DNA from: Octopus sinensis
Lineage: Eukaryota
DNA length: 64,000 nucleotides
Reading direction: 5' to 3'
Assembly (NCBI RefSeq): GCF_006345805.1
Contig: NC_043003.1
Coordinates: 76,322,001-76,386,000 of the forward strand
Shown: positions 38,201 to 52,044 of the stretch, piece by piece
Layout of the letters: each line of letters opens with the position of its first letter
Numbering within the stretch: the stretch's first letter is position 1
Translations under genes and position numbers: made by a program
Notes under the pieces: model-generated
Databases searched by the model: none
The model's input: the letters and a program-made list of their open reading frames with translations, nothing else
What the model was told of the DNA's origin: nothing

Positions 38201-38882
38201 AATATATCTATGGAACGTATGATAAAGAAGACATTGATAATATTAATAACGGTGCCAATTGGCAGACAAGCGTTCAAAATTAAAACATTCATAGCAACAA
38301 TCATTGAAAAAATACCGCAATCAATTATTTAATGTTCGATTTTTTTTTCTAAAATGACTTATAACTGATTTGGTGTTATGATAAACCATAAAACAATATT
38401 CGTTGTATATCAGAACTATACCTCTATCACTAAATTTGAAACACGGTACAGTGGAAAATAGAGAAATACTCACAGAAACGCTTGCTGTGTACCAGGAATG
38501 TTTAGCTCCCTGAATTCTTATATATCACTCTAGTGGTTAATGGTTTTAGGAAAAGAACATTACTGAAAAGAAATAAGAGTGCGGGTCATTTCATGGTCAG
38601 TCACCCCAAAAGTAGACATTTATATCGTCTGTACATATAACATATGTGACTCGAATGCATATATTTTTCAGGAGTGATTTAATGTAGTATACGTCGCTTG
38701 AAATATACCTATCCGTCTGGTACCTGTTCTATACACCATACTTAGCAACCTTAGGCAAAATTTCCCTGAAAATCCTAGGAAATTTGCTTAGCTTTACTGG
38801 GTATTTTCAGAAAGACAATTCGTCTCTTTGCATTATATATGACACGAAAGCTTTGTTTATGTAAAATAGGGCACTCATTGAA

Positions 38883-38978
38883 ATGGGATCAGCTTCTAGG
38901 GTCATTTCAAGATATAATCTGAGGGTAATACTGCTGTGGCTGATTTCCAGCCTGGTTATTTGTGGGCCAACGTCTCCG
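38883..38978 (+). CDS. Speculative signal-peptide-like exon of an unidentified gene
   Basis: MGSASRVISRYNLRVILLWLISSLVICGPTSP followed by CCG|GTAAGA, with an upstream acceptor tattttcag at 38810. No downstream exon identified. Confidence 0.2.
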
Positions 38979-39099
38979 GTAAGAAGAAAACATGAGCAGC
39001 GTGAGAAGTTGGTGCTTGAAAATAATAAAAATAGTCTAGTAGCTGTTTTTAACAAGCTGTTTGAAACAAGAAGAGAGAGTTAGTCGATAGTTTCAATTT

Positions 39100-39245
39100 C
39101 GGTAATTAACTATTAATTTATGATATCGTTCCTGAAAGGGTGAAAGAAGGCAAAATTGACCTCTGCTAGATTTGAACAAAGAAAGCAAAGATCCTAATGA
39201 AATACCTCAAGGCATTTCCTGACACTCTAATGATTCCAGCACCCT
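39100..39245 (-). mobile_element. SINE family A, highly degenerate
   Basis: gaaagggtgaaagaaggcaaaattgacctctgctagatttgaac...gaaatacc..aaggcatttcc resembles the reverse complement of unit A. Confidence 0.55.
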
Positions 39246-40471
39246 CTCATTGCTACAACATAATATTATTTACTGAAGCAATTGGATCACGTTTAGTCCC
39301 TGAAAGAGTAGTCCTAGGGTGAAAGGTGTTCAAATACCACGTCTTATATTCAGATAATATGCATCTTAGAATACACTGTCCAACATGTCTTTCCTTTCGA
39401 AAGACTTTTTCATGTGATTTAAGAGAAATTTGGCTGCTATATGTGGCAGGTCAAGTGAACACAGAGAGGGTCCCTTTTTCATTCAAGATAATGGTATTAA
39501 CGAGCTGTTGTGTCCCTCAACCAATATAAATTGAGAGTACGTTCTTGTGCTTCATTCCTCCATTCCCATTTAGATTACATTGCTTACTTCAAATTTTTCT
39601 GAATAGTTTTGAATACGATCAATACATGTCCGAAGTTTTTTAAACGGCTTTCACTTTAATTAAAGGTTATTTTCTCCTCATTTCTCTATTATCTTGGAAC
39701 TCTACCAATTCTCTGATGTAAGGAATCATGCCATTTAATTTTTTGATAAAATCGTTAATCTGAGAAAATTAGTTTTGGTCGACGTCTAGAACAGTTAGAC
39801 GATAGAAGAATGCACATGGGGAAGTGCAATAGAATTGCGCATTAAACGTGTACAGTAGAAATGAGCAACAGAAGAGTAAAATGGAAGAGTGGAACAGAAA
39901 ATGCAGTAAGAGAATGCATGAGGTGAGTTAGTATGGAATAGCAGTATGCAATAGTAGAATATTATATAGTTCACTAGAAAACAGCAATTGAAGTGTGCTC
40001 TGAGAGGAATTAATACGAGAGTGCAATATATGAGTGCAACTTTCAACAGAGAAGTACTGCTATACATCCCTTATATAATAATCATTATTTGGAAAGTAGA
40101 AAACATTTTAATAATGACAAATAATAAATACAATACCAGGCCAATTCTAAGATTTAAAAACGGAGAAAGCTACTGCAAGATATCATGCTACATACATATA
40201 TAGGAACATTTCATTAAACACTCCTGGATGTGCAATATAATGAATATTGCTTCGTCTTGAGGTAATTAAGAGGTTTAACTGTTCAGGACATTCCTCAACC
40301 TGGTGAAATTAGATGGGTAGATACAGAAAATCTGCTGTATTATTAAATGAAAATAAGGAATACTTCTTTTAATATGTTCATAGTGTTAAACTTATGCTTC
40401 CATTTTTTCAGACACTGTAGATAAAAAATACACACATATACATAAAATATGAGTGTGTATATATATATATC

Positions 40472-40660
40472 ATTTACCTTTTACTTGTTTCAGTTGTTTG
40501 ACTACGGCCATGCCTGGGCACTGGCTTAAAGTATTTTAGTCGTACGAATTTTTAAGCCAAGTACTTTTCCTAGCGGTCTCCTTCACTGAACACCACTAAG
40601 TTAGGCCGGTTGTGAGGCGGTGATGAGAAGCAAAAACAGACAGAAACACACACACATACA
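40472..40660 (-). mobile_element. SINE family B, 3' half
   Basis: ttttacttgtttcag...ggccatgc...ttttagtcg...ccggttgtgaggcggtgatg...aaacagacagaaacacac. Confidence 0.75.
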
Positions 40661-40699
40661 TACATACATACATACATACATACATACATACATACATAC

Positions 40700-41250
40700 A
40701 TGGTGGCAGCCCCCTCGTTATCGAGTATGGCCATTGCACGAAGCTTAATCAATGTCGTTATCGTGCAATGCCTGTGCAAGAAGATATTTTTTTAAGTGAA
40801 GAAAGGCTGTGCACTGAGTCAAGTCAATCCCACTCACTAAGCAACAGCAGCCATAATCCGAAAAGAAGGACAAGTCAACATCATCGGTAACCACTGGGCC
40901 GCAGGTTTTATGTCGGAGTTATCCCAGTTACCTGAGTTGCCTTCTCCTACAAGGATGCCCTGACAAAGGCTAGGAGTCCTTCACTCCCAATGGTTTAACT
41001 GCGCGATCGGGTATTCAATCCGATTATTTCTATGTCCCCGCGCATAATACAGCTTTAAGACATTTATTGGATGTTAGTTGACTCTCAAGAGTTCCTCCGC
41101 CCTTTGACGGTCTTTGTTTTTCATCCCGCAGGTTGACCAATAAACACCCTCCTCACCAAGCGAGCTTGGTAGGGTTGCCGGTTTAGTCGCCGACGACCCC
41201 ACCATGCAACAGGTAGTACTGGGTTACATGTTACCAGTAGCACTCGAAAG
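40700..41250 (+). mobile_element. Non-coding interspersed repeat resembling an RTE-type 5' leader, embedded in (ACAT)n
   Basis: GC-richer 550-bp island with (ACAT)n on both sides; its 3' part is homologous to 19550-19735. Confidence 0.6.
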
Positions 41251-41275
41251 TGACCTGACATAATACATACATACA

Positions 41276-41324
<49 letters not shown>

Positions 41325-41325
<1 letters not shown>

Positions 41326-41695
41326 AGACGCGCTTTTTTCAGTTTCCGTCTACCAAATCCACTGACACAACCCTGGTCGCACGGAGGCTATAACAGAAAC
41401 ACTTGCTGAATGTGTCATGCAGTGTGGAATTGAACCCGGAACTAAATGTTTGGGAGGCAAGCTTCTTATCACGCAGCAAGTAAATTATGTATATTAATAT
41501 ATATATATAATAAGACGCGCTTTTTTCAGTTTCCGTCTACCAATCCACTGACACAACCCTGGTCGCACGGAGGCTATAACAGAAACACTTGCTGAATGTG
41601 TCATGCAGTGTGGAATTGAACCCGGAACTAATGTTTGGGAGGCAAGCTTCTTATCACGCAGCAAGTAAATTATGTATATTAAATATATATATATA
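41325..41695 (-). mobile_element. Two near-identical tandem copies of a SINE-B head fragment
   Basis: The ~190-bp unit from ataagacgcgctttttt to gtaaattatgtatatt is repeated; the differences I see are mostly 1-nt indels. Confidence 0.85.
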
Positions 41696-42759
41696 TAATT
41701 TAATTTGCACAATTTTAAAAAAGTGCTACTAATAGTCTCATGCTGTAGAGATACAATACCTTGACAGAATTACATAACATGCCATGTGTCTCCAAGCAAT
41801 GTTTCGGCTCAGTGTCTACCGTTAATCTCCTTTCAAAACCAGGACGCTGGACTATGAGAAAGCATTTGAAATAATGTGCAGAAAAGACACGTTAAACGTT
41901 GATGGAAGCAGTGTAACGAGAAGGAAGTCTGGGAGATTGTTGCTCAGTGCGAAGAGGGAAGTGTTCTTGTTCATGTGCTTTCATTTGCTAAAATATTCGG
42001 ATCTGGAATAAAGTAATGAGGGGGGATTTTGGGTTCTAAATACAATTGCAATCTTTCAGCAACTGATAACTTGTGTTTCTTTAATCCATTTATATCTTAC
42101 GTAGATTTCTCCACGATTCTCCGCTTTATCGTATGGGAACTCCACACCGTTAGATTATTCTGTCCCAGCTAAATTAATTAAGGTTCCAACCATCAAAGGA
42201 GACTGTGGTATTCTGAAATGTTCTACTGGTTTCGATAGAAAAGGCGCTATCTCTCTTGCAGAATAGTGTTAACATCCGATTACAGGAAGAAGAGAAGGAT
42301 ACAAATTAAAAGCAGTGCTAGAGTTGTAGACACTATCGACCGCACGTACGTAATTCGTTACTAAATTCAATCTTGCATACATCATTGTGGCATACCAGCA
42401 AATAGTCTTTACACTATTTGTCGCGTTCGAAGGTAAGAACAACCTTCGAAACGCGGAGTAGACGAAACAGGGACAACTGAACAAGGGGAATATTCCTTTG
42501 TGCTGTATGTCTTGTATTCATGTTTTTTCGTCGTTTGAAAAAAAAGTTCGTTTCCATGTTTTTCTTTTTATGTTTTCGTTTCTCATTGTGTTCAAGGTTT
42601 TTTTTTTGATGTCTTGCACCTATATATGCATACCTATGGGTATGTACATATATGTATGTATATATGCATATATGTATATATTATTTATATTATTATATGA
42701 TCGAACGACGCGCATCCTTTTCCATGTAAGTGTATATATATATATATATATCCATACTT

Positions 42760-42893
<134 letters not shown>

Positions 42894-43085
42894 GTAGGTA
42901 GATATGGATACATGTAGTTGTGTATATTTGTTGATATCAAGGAGAGTACCGCAAAACTTGTAATGAACTCACTTAAAAATATTTATATTTAAGTATATTA
43001 ATTTATGAATAAAAGCATTGCACCCATTTATATCTGCTTCTATCGTTTTTATTGCTTCTTAAATGAATAGTGTTTCATTCCGAAT

Positions 43086-43454
43086 GGAATGGAAGCACTC
43101 CGTCGGTTACGACGATGAGGGTTCCGGTTGATCCGAATCAACGTAACAGCCTGCTCGTGAAATTAACGTGTAAGTGGCTGAGCACTCCACAGACACGTGT
43201 ACCCTTAACGTAGTTCTCGGGGATATTCAGCGTGACACAGAGAGTGACAAGGCCGGCCCTTTGAAATACAGGTACAACAGAAACAGGAAGTAAGAGTGAG
43301 AGAAAGTTGTGGTGAAAGAGTACAGCAGGGATCACCACCATCCCTGCCGGAGCCTCGTGTAGCTTTAGGTGTTTTCGCTCAATAAACACTCACAACGCCC
43401 GGTCTGGGAATCGTAACCGCGATCCTATGGCCGCGAGTCCGCTGCGCCTCCACC
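43086..43454 (-). mobile_element. SINE family R with 11-bp TSD and an A-box deletion
   Basis: The body is nearly identical to 34908-35290. TSD TCATTCCGAAT at 43075-43085 and 43455-43465; (ATTCC)n tail; the head lacks atggcccagtggttagggca. Confidence 0.95.
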
Positions 43455-44229
43455 TCATTCCGAATAGACTAAATTAATCACACGAGATTTTAAACCTGTA
43501 AAAGTATGTATAATATGCATATGTGTAAATGCGGATTCGGGTCATCATTGTGGATTCTTACACGCTTTCAGTTATAAGCTTTGCAGTTGGGGAGCATCTG
43601 CAAAACCAATACCTCGTTTGAAGGCCAATTGAACAGAAATTGGACATGGCCTTACTAAAACAAAAAAATCGGTATGCGTTACTTCTGTAGTTCTCTGGAT
43701 AATGGGAGGATGCTGTGAACGCTAAATGAAATGCCTGATGGACATTTTATTTAAGTAAAAATGTGCTAGACACCGAGTAAATAAATACATATGAACCCAG
43801 AAACGTTTCATCCGTGGTTATTCGCATTTCTTTAAAGGAGGTCTCCAAGCAATTATAAAAGAAGCACTAATTTCCAAGTTGCTACACAAGACAGAAGGTT
43901 GTGCACATCATCTCAGCCTATAGTGTTACGATTATTTTTGGACAACTGTAGTTGAGAATTCAATATTTGTTTTACTTTTCTCGATAACATCAGTGAATCT
44001 TGCTACTATATGATATCTATCGATAGACCTTACGCACAAGTTCTTACTTCTTTATTTATATAATATCTCTTATAGCAAAAACTCTTTTGTAACACCTATA
44101 CAATTATGCTTCAGTTTTAAATTCCAGTGCTGTGGAAATGTCATCCATGAAAGTTACGGATAATTCAAACATAGTGTAGAGGAACCCCCATCTTGTTGAA
44201 AGATAACATATGTACCTATATCCCGTGTT

Positions 44230-44860
44230 CATGGCACTGCATACAGGCCCGAAATTTCAAAGTGCTTTAATGACGTCACAGTCAGCTTTGTGGGGAACAA
44301 CGTCCCTATAACTCCAACATGTGTGAGGGCACACCAGATATTCACTTTGGGGTGGCATATTCATGTTCAATGTAGATATGTGGTGGTTCTCCAGCCTACA
44401 TCCTGATGCTATGACGATGAAGACGTCCCTATGCATAGAATGCAGCCTCACCAGTGAATACTCTGTTCTTTGGTAATTGCTCATTATTGTTCAGCGCATC
44501 AAGCATGTCTGTAGGAAAATCAAATGTTTTGGATCTATCGCTAAGATGGATTTTCTGTAACAACGGTAGTTCTACAACTGTAAATCGGAGACGTTTATTC
44601 AAGAGTTCGTAAATTGTGGTTTTCATAAGACCTGTTTGCAGGAACAAGCGTATGTAAGAATCGTTTAGTTTCAAAAGACTCGACACTAACCGATAACTTG
44701 CCGAAATATTTTGTATGCAATACGCTATCAGTTTCTTTAAGCTGGCGATCCTAACAGTTAGTGTTGTTTTTATGTGGTGGCTCTTCATTAAACACGCGAG
44801 GATATTCACGTAAAGCACGCGTCACAGATTGATTTTCGGGAGCCAGAAAATGCATTGAAC
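44230..44860 (-). mobile_element. Degenerate Tc1/mariner transposase, rosa (DD41D)-like
   Basis: RALREYPRVFNEEPPHKNN..QLKET.SV; LNKRLRF...LLQKI..DR..FPTDML..NEQLPKNRVFTGEAAFY..G..HRHS.R...E.PH; PKVNIWCAL...VIG. Confidence 0.8.
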
Positions 44861-46053
44861 TCTCCTTTGGCCCGACCACAAACCTGGCAGATGCATCAGC
44901 TTCGCATGTCATCGTTCGTGGAACCGTCACATGACAAGCAGTTGGCACATCTCACGTTCGTTTTCTTCATTCATCCGATTAGACGAATGGAGAGCAACAA
45001 ATGGAAGCCACTTCGAACTTCGTCAAAGTGTACACAAAGTTTATTAGTCTCATATCCAACATCTATTTGAAATGCGTAGTGTTGCAAGTTGTATCAATAG
45101 ATTGTCAGCGTAATTATATACTCCTTCTTCCTAACTCTGTAAGCGTATGCAAGCGTATGTAAGCGTATGTATGTATGTAAGTATGTATGCTTATGTGCGT
45201 ATATATATATATATATATATATATAACTGCCGACACTTCAGGAAGTGGTCGCCGTAAACGTAAAAATTATGGTGTATGACATTGTAATATAAATGAAAAT
45301 AAATTATGAGAATGTACCAGTCTCCATATTCTCCATCGTTATAACTATTCATTTTCAACCACCCTTTATTTTTACCTTCATTTCATGTTAACCTCTACCC
45401 GATTACCTTTTTATTTTATTTTATTTTATTTTATTTTATTTTTATTTTTATTTTTATTTTTTATATTTTATTTTATTTTTTATATTTTATTTCTTATTTT
45501 TATTTCTAATTCTTATTTTTACCCTTATTCTTACTTCTATTTTTACCCCTATTTTACTACTTTATATCTCTATATATATCTATTTTTAGCACTTTTTCCT
45601 TATTTACTTATCTATGTATCCGCTTTATGCTTATACGTGTGTCTGTGTATGTATGTATAGGTATATATGTGTATGCGTATGTATGAGTAAGTATCTGTGT
45701 TTATATGTGTACCCCCTTGTTATACTTTTTAAATAATTTTTTTACATACTTTTGTATATTTTTTTATATTTTTTATATATATTTTTTATATATTTTTATA
45801 TATATTTTTATATATTTTTTTATACATCTTTTAATATCTTATATCTATACCTATATGTGTGTGTGTCTGTGTATGTAAGTGTATGTGTACACGCACATAT
45901 AGACACACAGATGTGTGTGTGTGCGTGTGGATACGTGTGCGTGGGTCCGTATGTATGTATATATGCGTATATGTATGTACACATGTGTGTGTATGTATGC
46001 ACATATATATGTGCGTGTGCGGGTATGTGTGTGTGTGTGTGTGTATGTATATA

Positions 46054-46108
<55 letters not shown>

Positions 46109-47364
46109 GTGTGTATATATATATGCGTATATGTGTGTGTGTGTATATATATGTATATGTATATTGTCCGTGTATATATATGTATATTCTGTTATAATTT
46201 TTTGCCCGCAAGTTTCTTACGTTCATGTCTACCTTCTGTACCCACTATAATTCCGTATCTTGCCCGTGTGCGAGAATGGATCTTTTTGTTATACCTGTGT
46301 CTGTGCATATACATACTTTTGTGTATAGGCATAGGGATCTACTCCCCTGTGTGCGTGGGTGTGGGCGTGAGTGCAGGTGTATACATATTTCTGCCCACAC
46401 GCATAGAGATTCACTTCGTCTTGTGCATGAGTGTAAGTGCGAGTGTGCCTATATGAACGCATGTGCGTGTATGTATATACGTACGCATGCACGTCGGTTC
46501 GTGTACCCAACTACATGCGCCTTTTTCCACATATATCTGTATATGTTTACACGAGAGTACGTATGTATGCTTGTATGCGTGTAGTTGCGTATGCGTGCGT
46601 ATATGTACGCGTGTATATGGGTGTATGTATCCAAGCGTGTACGTATGTACATGATGACCACTTGATACGTTACGAGGAACTAGATAAGCGGTTTAACCAA
46701 ACAACTCTAATTTACAATACACTAGGTCCCCAGACGCCCCGGTTGATTTATGACACCCACGGCTTCTACAACCAGAATTTGTCATTTTCCTGACCACCAT
46801 GTTGGTCCGTAACAACTTTATATCCTTTATCCTTATATTCTTTTACATCTCTATATTCTTATATCCTTTATATTTCTTATATTTCTGATAATTTTTTTAT
46901 ATTTTAAAAAAAATTTTCATATTTTTTATTTTTTTAATATTTTTTAATATTTTTTTATAACTTTATATCTTTATATCTTTATATTCATTTATTTTTTTTA
47001 TATCTCTTTATATCTTTATACTCTATATTTTTATAATTTTCTATACTTATATTCTTATTTTTCACATTTTTATATTTTTTTATCCTTCGTCCTGAATTCT
47101 CGCCCCTCCATCTTTATCCCTATTTACGCTTATTACCAGGTTCCTTCACGTCTGTCTGTATTTATATATGTATATATTTACTTATTCATTTATTTATATT
47201 ACCTCAACATCCAAACTTCCTCATTCTACATTGAGAGAAGGACGAGATGGACGCTTCATTTTTATGCTGTTGCCGCATTATATCGTACGCGAATGAGAGG
47301 ATTTGCATCCCCAACGTAGAATTTTTCATGTAATACATGTCCTTGAGGTAGTAATTGTGCGCGG

Positions 47365-47434
47365 CTGAAGAAGGCCATAGACACACATTATGCATTGTTA
47401 TAAATCCGTCTAATAAAGGCCCGAAACATATGTT
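47365..47434 (+). ncRNA. Hammerhead-like relic with a long stem II
   Basis: CTGAAGA-a-GGCC-atagac...gtctaat..GGCC-c-GAAA-CATATG-T-T. The core is intact and stem III is palindromic (ACATATGT), but stem I does not form. Confidence 0.4.
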
Positions 47435-47474
47435 TGTATATATGTGTATATGTATATATATATATGTATGTGTG

Positions 47475-47530
<56 letters not shown>

Positions 47531-47804
47531 CGAGTCTTCTTATTTACCTAAAACTCTATTCTATTATTCTATTTATTCATTTATCTACTTTATCACTGAT
47601 TCTTTTGACAACTCCCCTAAGAAAGACAGTTTGCACCATGCCTACCCCAAAAAAGTCCCCCACCACTTCCCCTTTAACTCTGCCTAAATGTATAAATGCC
47701 AAAACTATTCTTGACACCAAGCTTCCTGATGATTTCATTTGAATGAAACAGTTCTAGTCCTGTAGAAGCTCCTTCTATAAAATAAAAAAATATATATATT
47801 TATA

Positions 47805-48814
47805 TACTAGCATTGAAGACCCGTCGTTGCCGAGTCATAGTGCTAGTGCATATATATATATGTGTATATATATGTGTACATATTACAGGTACATCTATAT
47901 ATATATACATCTACATATAAAATACAAAATACAAAGTTATATCTTGATATCGCTTGTGACAACAATACTCAAAATATATTACAGACTGGAATTGTTAGCC
48001 CGTCTCTTGTAATTTCGAACAATTGTATCTTGTCCTCCCTCTTGTATAGAAGTGTGGCTACAATCCAGCTTACCTCTACTTCGGGGGGGGGGCATTTTTT
48101 ATGTTTTTTTTCCAGGACGTCCTACATCCCAGATATAAAGGTAAAAATAAAATATTTCCACTTTCCAAGTTCGAGTCGAGTACTACCTTGCACGCTCCGT
48201 TGCTTCTATTGTGGCGAATTTACCGCCTCTGATTAGATATCTTTCATAGTCGCACCAAGACGCTTTTCGAAGTTCTTTCCTCCAGGTGTTCAAATCTTCT
48301 TTTTTTCTCTACATTGTATACTTTATAGACAATAGTATTTTCTTTAATTTAATTTTTTATTATCCATCTGGACTATTCCATTTCTGCACGCTAATTTTAT
48401 TTTTAATTTATTCCCATTCATGTGAAACCACCTATTCTAGTTCAAGTCATGGATGCAAGTTTATACCAATTGCTATTTTTACTTTTGTTATGTTACGATT
48501 ATATTATACTTTAGTTTGATTTTAATTATTACTTACAACATATAATTCAATTGTTATTATTATTTTTATTGTATTTAAAGTGAAAGTATCTGACATAAAA
48601 TAGAGAAACATTTTTGTTTCACTTTTAACACGTAATACTGAAATAGTGGAGAAGATATGATATTGCTATGGGCTCGCTCTAGGCAAGAAGTTGACATTTT
48701 TTGCCCATAAAACAACATGGAACCTATGTAAGGCATGCGTAAAATTTGAATGAAATTGGTTGTGTAGTTCTCAAGTTTTAGGGAAACACACAGACAGACA
48801 GACACACATTCCCA

Positions 48815-48825
<11 letters not shown>
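47805..48825 (+). mobile_element. Probable Helentron-associated non-autonomous element (HINE/DINE-like)
   Basis: 5' end tactagcattgaagacccgtcg after (TA)n. 3' block aaatttgaatgaaattggttgtgtagttctcaagtttta..(acag)n..cagttttata(TA)n, typical of such elements as I recall them. Confidence 0.55.
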
Positions 48826-48870
<45 letters not shown>

Positions 48871-50319
48871 CATACATACAAGGGTTTATGAAAAGTCTAG
48901 AGACCACCACCATCACCACCCCCAAAAAATAAAAAAAACATGGTGCAAGACTTCTGATGAAGGTACAATACTTCAAGGCTCAAAACCTTTCACACACAGA
49001 TAGATAAAGAGAGAGAGACAGAGACAGACAGACAGACAGAAAGAGAGGCAGGCAAATAGACAGACAGAATATCTCTAAATGCTGTCAACTGAACACAACG
49101 TACTTAGACATCTCATTGAGTGGGACAAATACAAAAGAAAAATTGCGCAAAACTATCATCTGATAGATTTAGTGATAAGACCAGTCTCCTTTACATCATT
49201 TAAAAATATTTTACGAAAGTTATATTATTGCAATACATTTCACACCATCAGGCTATAGATGTTAATACAAAGATAACCATCCCCTCACAACACGAAGTGA
49301 GACTAGACAATTGAATTTGAAATTATAGAATGCGAAGAAGATGTATAGAGTTTACATACTTTATTTTTTATTACAAAGTTCTTACAGTTTTTATTCAGTG
49401 GTAATCTAGTCTAGCACTATTTCATTCATTTTGGAGATCTACAGTATGATTTAACTGTAACTCATTAGTTACAAACGTGACGGACTGTGACGCCATGAAA
49501 ATCAAAAATGATATTAATTACAATCTGGTGTGAATTCGTGGAATGCTTTTTCATCAGATTCTTTTTTCTGCTGGGAAATTTATGTATATTATGAATCGAT
49601 AGAAAGAAAGTACAATCTTCGTGTTTACGAACAAAGAAATAGCTGTTTCAAGGCGTATTGTATTGCAGTTATCTCATTTAGTGATTTTTATATTTTATCA
49701 ACCTTAGAAGGAGATTTAGTGTCGTAATAACAGGAATAATATCAGATAATGGATATTTTTTCAACTACCCATATTACATAAGTGATAACTAATACAAGTA
49801 GATCTATAGATTGCAAACTATTGAGAGATCCCCTTAAGAATATAATCAATCCCCATTGAAACATACATATGGAGAAAAAGTATTCCTTCATTTATTGGTC
49901 TTTAGCATCACATGATCAGTAGAATTGCACATTTATCCTGATAGTTTCCAATATAACTTTCGATTTCTATGTCTCCATTGACATCAAAAAAATTTGGTGA
50001 GACAAAGTTCAACTCCATCACGTCACAACAAAGTGACAGACTGTTTCGCTTCTGACATCACACAGCATTCTTCAACTCTTGGAGATTTTTTGTTACTTTC
50101 TTATTTTAAATTATGTTTTTCCCATTATTCCGGTATAATGAATCTAAATTTATTATCTCCTTTTCTCTGTGATGTCTCTCTATCACGCTGTTTTTCTAAC
50201 TCTGTTTCTCACTTACTGTTCCTCTCCCTCTGTTTTTCACCCTTTCCCCCTCTATCTCTTTTCCTTCTCTCCTCCTCTGTTTCCATACACATATATCTTC
50301 ATATACGTGCGTGCGAATA

Positions 50320-50385
<66 letters not shown>

Positions 50386-50420
50386 GTGTGTGTGTGAGTG
50401 TGTGTGTGCATGTATGTATA

Positions 50421-50458
<38 letters not shown>

Positions 50459-50978
50459 TGAACATAATACAAGTGTGTGTGTTCTCCCTCTATATATACA
50501 CATTATCATATACACATACATACAAGCAAGCTCACCCACCCAAACACAGACAAACTCACAGACACACATACTCACACACACACACGAACATATTCCTCCG
50601 TTTCCCAGTATATTTTTTAGGAATTTTTTTACATATTTCATTTTATTCTTTATTTATGTGGTTTATCCTTCATCGATTTTTTGTCGTGTTTTTTTTCCTC
50701 CGATTTTCATAGAGATTCTGATATAACCTCGATGACCCGCCTTTGGCAGAAGCCACATATCCATCCAAAATTATGTCAGCTAGTTATATAAATGTTCCTT
50801 ATCAAGAAAAATGAGACGATCACAAATTGAAAATAATATCGGTAACAACGACAACAACGTCAACAAAAGCAACAAAAATACTAATATTGATAACTTGTTA
50901 CTCCAAACACAATTCATTCACTGAACGTTGCTGCGAAAGCGTATATATAAGTGTTGTACATATATACATGTATATACA

Positions 50979-51082
<104 letters not shown>

Positions 51083-51527
51083 ATATAATATATATATATA
51101 TGTATATATGTATGAGGAAGAAAGAGACAGACAGACAAACATACAGAGAGGAGAGATAGTCATACATATAAAAACATACACATGTAGAGATAGATAGATC
51201 GAAACAGAAATATTTACGCATATTCGTACACATACATCTATGCATATAATGATCTGTTCATGAATTCTTTCAAATACAGGTGTATTATATTTCTGAGTTT
51301 GACATTTATATACTTACCTAAAAATACAAATTCATACATGTTCGTAACGTTCTTACGTGCGAGTGCGTACATGTGGGGTGTGCGCATACATATAAGTGTA
51401 TCAGTAATAATGTGTTTACATACATGCATACACACATATACATGCACACACACATACACACTCACATATACATACATATATGTGAATGTGTATATTATAT
51501 ATGTACATATACATACATACACACACG

Positions 51528-51559
<32 letters not shown>

Positions 51560-52044
51560 AATATACATACATACGCACATGTTTTGTGTCTGTATATAAC
51601 AAAAGTCTATATATCATCGTCACCATCTCTATCGTCTTAACATTATGTTCATTTTCAATGCTGGCATGGTATGGATATCCATTCATCTTTTCATACATAC
51701 ATACATGCATATGTATGTGTATGTATGTATGTGTTTGTGTGTATTGAAAATGTTAAGAGATTTCACAAGAATAAATTTATATTGGAAATAGTTTGGTAGC
51801 TTCCCACAAGCTCATGTTTGTGTATGAACGTAGACAAACATGAGCTGATAAGAAACAACCTTTTTACGATTTTCCCTCTATGTCAATTTAGCTATTACAC
51901 AACTCACCAACAACGCATCAACAAAGAAACATCAGTCACAAACAAACGTCGACCATGTTCAATACTTGTGGAATTGGATGGGAGTCAACTGCAGCCACGG
52001 TGTCTGCAACCATTGCTAAAGTTTCCTTGAAAAATACTATAAGT

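Noticed and set aside
42422-42455. Hairpin cgcgttcgaagg/ccttcgaaacgcg as a ribozyme or terminator
   Set aside because: The stem is real, but there is no CUGANGA core, and bacterial terminators are irrelevant in this context.
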